From a candidate division WOR-3 bacterium (GTDB lineage: Bacteria > Hydrothermota > 32-111), in the NCBI GenBank assembly GCA_037481815.1, contig JBBFKX010000001.1:608001-672000 (forward strand): a stretch of 64,000 nt of DNA, written 5' to 3'. The notes below the pieces were generated by a model, which was given only the letters and a program-made list of their open reading frames with translations, did not search any database and was not told where the DNA came from. Numbering within the stretch: the first letter of the stretch is position 1; each line of letters starts with the position of its first letter. Made by a program: the position numbers and the translations under genes. Below, piece by piece: positions 58,822-64,000 of this stretch.

Positions 58822-61558
58822 TTAAAATTTCCTGTAGGTAAATTTTTATCAAAGGTATCCACTCTTTTCTTTCAAAATTTTCAACATCCTGATATTTCTT
58901 TTTTAATTGAAGATACTTTTTATAACCATAATCCTCAGGCATGATCAGTTTTGCAGGTATCTCATAATCTTTTCCCGTAAAACTCTCACGTTTTTCATCT
59001 ATACCTTTTTTGTATATCGATTTTGTTATGTTCAACATCCTTTTTAACACTCTATCCTGTTTATTCAGTATCTCCTGATCAAGTTTACCTTGCTTCAAAT
59101 CTTTTGCAACATCTTTCAAAGAATCAGCAAGAGTTGAAATCGCTTCCCCAACATCCTTAAAAGATTGTTCTCCCAGTTTTTTCATCTTTTCTGAAAGTGC
59201 TTCTTCCATTTTACCCAACTGGTTCAATATATCCTGTTTCATCTCACCTTTTCCAAACATCTCCCATAACATCTCGGATATATACTGTTGTTCCTTTGAC
59301 AACGAAGACATCTCTTGTGCCAACCTTTCAAGTGATGAGGCACCTTCACCTTGAGGATTATCCTTTAAAAGAAAGTTTATTATGTTAACATTCTGTTCTT
59401 TCAGAGGCAGAAAATTTCCATTACTGTTTTCAGCCATAGTTTTTGCTGTTTTTAACATAATGTTGAGAGGAGATGATATATCCTCTCCAGTATAGTCGAT
59501 TATCGATTGGTAAAGATCTGAAATCAGTTGAAGATTCTGGGTACTGTCTATCAGTTCATCTATGAAAAGTAATGTAGTTATAACCAGCTCTTTGTCGTAC
59601 TTTTCGGTTTTTCCCGACAGTTTTTCTATATTTTCCTGTACTTTCTTTTTTAAATCCTCAAGTTTTTCTTTAACATCCTTTGTTTTAGAAAATTCTCTTT
59701 CAGATTCTTTTGATAAATTTGAAAGTTTCGAAAGGTCTTTTTCATACTCCTCAAGGTTGTCATCCTTTAAACTCTCTTTTTTCAAATCTTCAATCCTTTC
59801 GGTTACCTTTTTCTGTTCTCCAAAATTTTTTTCCTGAACTATCCTGTTTTCAAGATCTATCAGTTTTTTGAGTTCCTCATCAAATTTAGTCAAGGAAAAG
59901 ATTTTGTTCAACTGTTTCAAAACTTCTTTTAATCTTGAAAGATCCTTCTCTATATTTTTACTTTCACTCTGAATCTTATCGATCAATTTTCTTTTCTCAT
60001 CTTCTGAAATATTTTTCAAATCTTTTTCAAGAAGTGAAAAAAGGTTGTTTAAAATGTTCTTATCGATCTTTTCAAGTTCACTCTTCAACTCAGCCATCTT
60101 TTTATAAAGATTATCGGGCAACCTGTATTCAGATAGATCCTTCATCTCCTCTTTAACTTTTTCAAAATTGTCGCTCAAATTTTTTAACTCTTCTTTTAAT
60201 TGTCTTAAATTCTCTTCTTTCTTCTGTATTTTTAGTTCATCAAGAACATTTTCAACCCTTTCAGAATATTTTTCAAGATCGTTAAAGAATTCACTCCTCA
60301 GATATGTTGAATCGATAACGGTCGAAAGATCTCCACTCTGTCCAAGTTCAATCTCGCTTGATACATCTATCTGCCTTCTAAAAGGATTGTTGTCTTTCAA
60401 AATGAAATGGATTTTTTGATACTTTTCTTTAATCGATTCAAGATTCAATCTGAAAATCAAAATAGTATCTTTTCCAGAAATTTTGTATGATTGAAAAGAG
60501 GAATCACTTTCATTTTTAAAAACTATATAGACAGAATCGTTTCCAAAATCATCTCTGCAAAGAATCGGAAGATCGACCTCATCTTTAATCTGAAGATTTT
60601 TGTCCTGAACGATTATATCAATAAAAGGTTTTTTATCTTTCATTACATTTACGATAACCGAATCAAAAATATTGCCCTTTTTGAATTTTATCACACTATC
60701 GTTAACAACAGATTTTAATTCAAAAATGTACTCTTTTTTATCGTTGAAAAAAACTTTCAGATTCAATGAGGCAAATTCAACAACATCTAAAAAATTGCCT
60801 TTAAGAGAATAACTTTTCAGTGATGTGTAAAATGGTGGTTTTACTTTTGAAACAATAGAATCTATCAGAAAACCTTTCAGAAGTTTAAAACTCAATCTGT
60901 TCGATTCAACCTTTGGACCTTTAAAAAAGAGATAAGAATCAAGTTCATAATCATGGTTTTTCTTATACCTTGAAAAATTTTTTTCACTTTCAACAAAAAG
61001 GTTTCCCGAGATTGTTCCAAGGTTGAAAGAAAGAATTTTTATATCACTTCCCTTACTTTTCAAAACAACCTGTTTTTGAGTCAGATTGAAAGAGTTTGAA
61101 ACAAGGTAAGGATTTAAGATAACAAATGAAAGGAAAATGATAATTGATAAAAAGAAAAATCTTAAATTTTTATCTCTTTTATTCTCTTTAAAAAATTTTT
61201 TTCCTTTCAAATCTATTCTCTCAAATTCATTTTTTAAAATCTCAATAAAAGTGTTATCCTTTTTATTTTGATTCTCAAAGACAACAATCGGAACATTTTT
61301 CAGTTCCCTGTTTAAACTGTTAAAAATTTCTATACTTTTTCCTGTCGAAAAAATGTTTGTAAAAAAATTTTTAAAGGAAAAAAATAAAAGAGTTAAAAAT
61401 GCAACGATGAAAAATAAATTTTCATGGTAAAAGATGTTGTTCAAAAAAATATGTAATATAAAAAGGAAAGTAAAAAATGAAAAAAATATCAAGAAACTAT
61501 CAAGAAAACTTTCAAACAATATTTTTTGATGAATCTTTTGAAAAATCTTTTTTAACAT
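58814..61558 (-). CDS. Membrane-anchored Ig-like plus coiled-coil protein (DUF4175-like)
   Basis: Three N-terminal TM segments, PP.YT, D..P.I.I and DDFG motifs, long coiled coil, C-terminal Q..VL.RML...KS......E.RES; start ATG 61558. Confidence 0.6.
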   Translation of the reverse strand: MLKKIFQKIHQKILFESFLDSFLIFFSFFTFLFILHIFLNNIFYHENLFFIVAFLTLLFFSFKNFFTNIFSTGKSIEIFNSLNRELKNVPIVVFENQNKKDNTFIEILKNEFERIDLKGKKFFKENKRDKNLRFFFLSIIIFLSFVILNPYLVSNSFNLTQKQVVLKSKGSDIKILSFNLGTISGNLFVESEKNFSRYKKNHDYELDSYLFFKGPKVESNRLSFKLLKGFLIDSIVSKVKPPFYTSLKSYSLKGNFLDVVEFASLNLKVFFNDKKEYIFELKSVVNDSVIKFKKGNIFDSVIVNVMKDKKPFIDIIVQDKNLQIKDEVDLPILCRDDFGNDSVYIVFKNESDSSFQSYKISGKDTILIFRLNLESIKEKYQKIHFILKDNNPFRRQIDVSSEIELGQSGDLSTVIDSTYLRSEFFNDLEKYSERVENVLDELKIQKKEENLRQLKEELKNLSDNFEKVKEEMKDLSEYRLPDNLYKKMAELKSELEKIDKNILNNLFSLLEKDLKNISEDEKRKLIDKIQSESKNIEKDLSRLKEVLKQLNKIFSLTKFDEELKKLIDLENRIVQEKNFGEQKKVTERIEDLKKESLKDDNLEEYEKDLSKLSNLSKESEREFSKTKDVKEKLEDLKKKVQENIEKLSGKTEKYDKELVITTLLFIDELIDSTQNLQLISDLYQSIIDYTGEDISSPLNIMLKTAKTMAENSNGNFLPLKEQNVNIINFLLKDNPQGEGASSLERLAQEMSSLSKEQQYISEMLWEMFGKGEMKQDILNQLGKMEEALSEKMKKLGEQSFKDVGEAISTLADSLKDVAKDLKQGKLDQEILNKQDRVLKRMLNITKSIYKKGIDEKRESFTGKDYEIPAKLIMPEDYGYKKYLQLKKKYQDVENFERKEWIPLIKIYLQEILNE

Positions 61559-61562
61559 ACTT

Positions 61563-61587
61563 AAGGGGGACAAAATTGTCCCCCCTT
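61563..61587. terminator. GC-rich hairpin downstream of serA
   Basis: AAGGGGGACAA/TTGTCCCCCTT perfect inverted repeat; weak U-tail in the serA direction. Confidence 0.55.
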
Positions 61588-61592
61588 TATAA

Positions 61593-62495
61593 TCATTTGT
61601 ATTCTGAGATTATACTCACGATTTCGTCTGCGATCCTTTCTTGGGCTTCAAATGTCTGAGCACCTATATGTGGTGTTGCCACAAAATTTTCAAATGTAAA
61701 AAGTTCGTTCACAACAGGTGGTTCTGTTTCAAAAACATCGAGCGCTGCTCCTCTGATCAATCCTTCTTTCAATGCTGTTATCAACGCTTTTTCATCAACG
61801 ATTCCACCTCTTGCACAGGAGATAAGATATGCGCTCTTTTTCATCTTTTTGAACTGTTCAAGTGAGATCATATTTTTTGTTTCATCTGTAAGAGGAAGGT
61901 GCAAAGATATATAATCTGATTCTTTCAAAAGTGTATCAAGGTCAACTATTTTAATTGGTGGTTTCGATACCTCTTTGACATAGGGATCATAACCCAAAAC
62001 ATTCATTTCAAAGCCATAAAAACCTATCCTTGCTGTTTCCCTTCCAATCCTTCCAAGACCGATGATCCCTAAAGTTTTTTTATAAAGTTCATAACCTTCA
62101 AATTTTTTCTTCTCCCACTTGCCTTCCTTCATCGATTTATCAGCAACAGTTAAAGATCTCGCAAGTGAAAGCATGTGTCCTATTGCAAGTTCAGCAACAG
62201 ATTCACTCGATGCAGCAGGTGTATTTTTCACTTCAATATTTTTTGTTTTCGCATACTCAACATCGATGTTATCAACTCCAACTCCACCCCTTATGATCAG
62301 TTTTAAATTTTTCCCTGCATCTATTATATTTTTCTTAACCTTTGTTGCGCTTCTTACGATTATACAATCAAAATCAACGATGACCTTTTCAAGTTCCTCG
62401 GGTGGAAGCCCTGTTTTTACAACAACATCGTGTCCCATTCCTTTCAACTGGTTGACCGCTGAATCAGAGATCTTGTCACTCACAAGTATTCTCAT
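61593..62495 (-). CDS. serA: D-3-phosphoglycerate dehydrogenase, short form without ACT domain (D-2-hydroxyacid dehydrogenase family)
   Basis: IVRSAT, R.GVG.DNID, NTP......VAE, G.ELY.KTLG..G.GRIG, YDPY, ARGG..DE, ALDVFE.EP, TPHIGAQT.EAQ. Confidence 0.82.
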   Translation of the reverse strand: MRILVSDKISDSAVNQLKGMGHDVVVKTGLPPEELEKVIVDFDCIIVRSATKVKKNIIDAGKNLKLIIRGGVGVDNIDVEYAKTKNIEVKNTPAASSESVAELAIGHMLSLARSLTVADKSMKEGKWEKKKFEGYELYKKTLGIIGLGRIGRETARIGFYGFEMNVLGYDPYVKEVSKPPIKIVDLDTLLKESDYISLHLPLTDETKNMISLEQFKKMKKSAYLISCARGGIVDEKALITALKEGLIRGAALDVFETEPPVVNELFTFENFVATPHIGAQTFEAQERIADEIVSIISEYK

Positions 62496-62504
62496 AATTC
62501 CTCC

Positions 62505-63572
62505 TTAAATTTTTAAAATATCGTTAATATCATCGAGAAGTTCTTTGATATCTGAAGGCATAAGATCGCCCATCGCTGCGATTCTGAATGTGATATCTTT
62601 CAGTTTTCCATAACCGTTTGATATAGTTTTTCCTCTTTTACCAAGTTCTTTGTTAAGGTCTGAAAGGTTGAAGTTTTTATTATTTTTCAAAGTAACAACT
62701 GTCCATGATTCATAACCTTTTTCAGGGAATGTCTCTATGCCTTTCTCTTTTGCCCAATCGAAAATCATATCTGCCATTTTTTTATGTCTTGCGAATCTGT
62801 TTTCCATACCCTCTGCAAGCATCCTGTCAAGTTGGACATTCAGAGCGTTGATGTGTGGAATCGATGGTGTTGATGGTGTCTGTCCTTTTTCATCATATTT
62901 TAACATATCAACTATATCAAAATAGTATCCCCTGTTTTCAACAGTTTTTGCTTTTTCTGCTGCTTTTTGTGAAACTGTCATCACAGCGAGTCCTGGTGGA
63001 AGTGCAAAACATTTCTGGACACCAGCAAGAATAACATCAATTCCCAGTGCATCAACATCTATTTTATAACCTGTGAGTGATGAAACAGCATCAACAGCAA
63101 AAATCACATCAGGATATTTTTTCATAACCTCTGCTATTTCCTCGATCGGGTTCTTTACTCCCGTCGATGTTTCGTTATGGACAAGAGTCACAAGATCGTA
63201 TTCACCAGTTTTCAACTTTTCATCTATCATCTCCGGTTTTATAGCATAGCCCCATTCAACCTTTAAGGGATCTGTCTTTTTGCCATTCATAACCGCGATA
63301 TCGTACCATCTGTCAGAGAAAGCACCACACATGCATGAGAGGATCTTTTTGTTTGAAAGATTTCTTACTACACTCTCCATACAGCCAGTTGCTGAGGATG
63401 TGAAAAGCAAAACTCTGTTTTTCGTATAGAGAACCTGTTGCAATTTTGGAATCACCTGATTGTAAAGTTCAGTGAATTCTTTCATTCTATGACCTATCAT
63501 CTCACAGGCCATAGCTTCTCTTACCTCCTTTACAACTTCGGTTGGACCCGGAATAAACAATTTTTTATGCAT
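62505..63572 (-). CDS. Class V PLP aminotransferase (serine-pyruvate/alanine-glyoxylate type; possible phosphoserine aminotransferase)
   Basis: LFIPGPT, HR...F, HNETSTG, DAVSS, QKC...PPGL, TP.TP, FRI..MG. Confidence 0.88.
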   Translation of the reverse strand: MHKKLFIPGPTEVVKEVREAMACEMIGHRMKEFTELYNQVIPKLQQVLYTKNRVLLFTSSATGCMESVVRNLSNKKILSCMCGAFSDRWYDIAVMNGKKTDPLKVEWGYAIKPEMIDEKLKTGEYDLVTLVHNETSTGVKNPIEEIAEVMKKYPDVIFAVDAVSSLTGYKIDVDALGIDVILAGVQKCFALPPGLAVMTVSQKAAEKAKTVENRGYYFDIVDMLKYDEKGQTPSTPSIPHINALNVQLDRMLAEGMENRFARHKKMADMIFDWAKEKGIETFPEKGYESWTVVTLKNNKNFNLSDLNKELGKRGKTISNGYGKLKDITFRIAAMGDLMPSDIKELLDDINDILKI

Positions 63573-63600
63573 AGTTCCTCCTTCAAAATTTAATATTTTA

Positions 63601-63629
63601 ATTTTATTTTATAAACCTCTCTTTGTCAA
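63601..63629 (-). promoter_or_regulatory. sigma70-type promoter of the aminotransferase-serA operon
   Basis: TTGACA-N17-TAAAAT. Confidence 0.6.
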
Positions 63630-63633
63630 TATA

Positions 63634-63661
63634 TTGACTTAAAAGTTCAACCTGTTAAAAT
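63634..63661 (+). promoter_or_regulatory. sigma70-type promoter of the PHP gene, probably leaderless
   Basis: TTGACT-N16-TAAAAT with extended -10 TG; 8 nt to ATG 63670. Confidence 0.65.
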
Positions 63662-63669
63662 AAGCAGAT

Positions 63670-64000
63670 ATGATAGATTTACACAACCATTCTCTTTATT
63701 CATACGATTCAAAAAGATTGATGGAAGATATCGTTGTTGAAGCGTTATCGAAAAATATAAAAATTTTAGGTTTTTCCGACCATCTCGATTTCAACCAAAA
63801 TGATCCCGGGAATATGTTTTACAAAGGTGAAAGCCAGTTTGAAGAGTTTTTGTCTTTGAAAAGTAAATATCAGAAAAAAATAAAACTCTTTCTTGGAATA
63901 GAATCATCATACGAAAAAGATTATGAAGAAAAGATAGTAACAACTTTTAAAAAATTCCCTTTCGATTATATTATAGTTTCTTTACACTTTGTTGAAGGAA
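63670..64000 (+). CDS. PHP-family phosphatase (HisJ/HisK histidinol-phosphatase-like), partial; not in the ORF track
   Basis: Own translation: MIDLHNHSLYSYDS...LGFSDHLDF...LFLGIE...FDYIIVSLHFV; open to the window end. Confidence 0.88.
   Translation, partial: MIDLHNHSLYSYDSKRLMEDIVVEALSKNIKILGFSDHLDFNQNDPGNMFYKGESQFEEFLSLKSKYQKKIKLFLGIESSYEKDYEEKIVTTFKKFPFDYIIVSLHFVEG

Overview
A very AT-rich, extremely compact bacterial chromosome segment made almost entirely of housekeeping operons, with many overlapping start/stop codons. I see no prophage, IS, CRISPR array or rRNA. The protein families (long SecA, an FCB-type GATase-like secreted protein, an M1 peptidase with a beta-rich C-terminus) suggest an anaerobic diderm of a deep lineage such as WOR-3/TA06/FCB relatives; this taxonomy is inference only. 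Blocks in order: (-) tRNA-Pro-glyQS-hyp-rsmI-PIP synthase-ino1-tmk-ctpA-rsmD-coaD'; (+) alkaline phosphatase-class II aldolase; (-) sensor/coiled-coil-leuS-truA-tal-PLD-purB; (-) yceD-rpmF-plsX-fabHDG-acpP-fabF-rnc-etfBA-GT2/epimerase/DegT/methyltransferase-GT-C-M1 peptidase; (+) tRNA-Lys-cNMP protein-tRNA-Glu-tRNA-Val-thrS-L20 leader-infC-rpmI-rplT; (+) zapB-zapA-6S RNA-rny-ymdB-folD-xseAB-ispA-PAP2-dxs-secA-ligA-thyX-pimA-like; (-) class V aminotransferase-serA-three envelope hypotheticals; (+) PHP phosphatase (partial). Most interesting signals: (1) an unannotated ~60-nt sRNA gene with its own promoter and terminator whose single-stranded part is the complement of an RBS+AUG and matches the serA start region at 16/19 nt; (2) 8 of 10 readable sigma70-type promoters have a 16-bp rather than 17-bp spacer, and three appear to give leaderless mRNAs; (3) an ino1 + PIP synthase + variant PimA set suggesting phosphatidylinositol glycolipids outside Actinobacteria; (4) tRNA genes tightly punctuating protein-coding genes.
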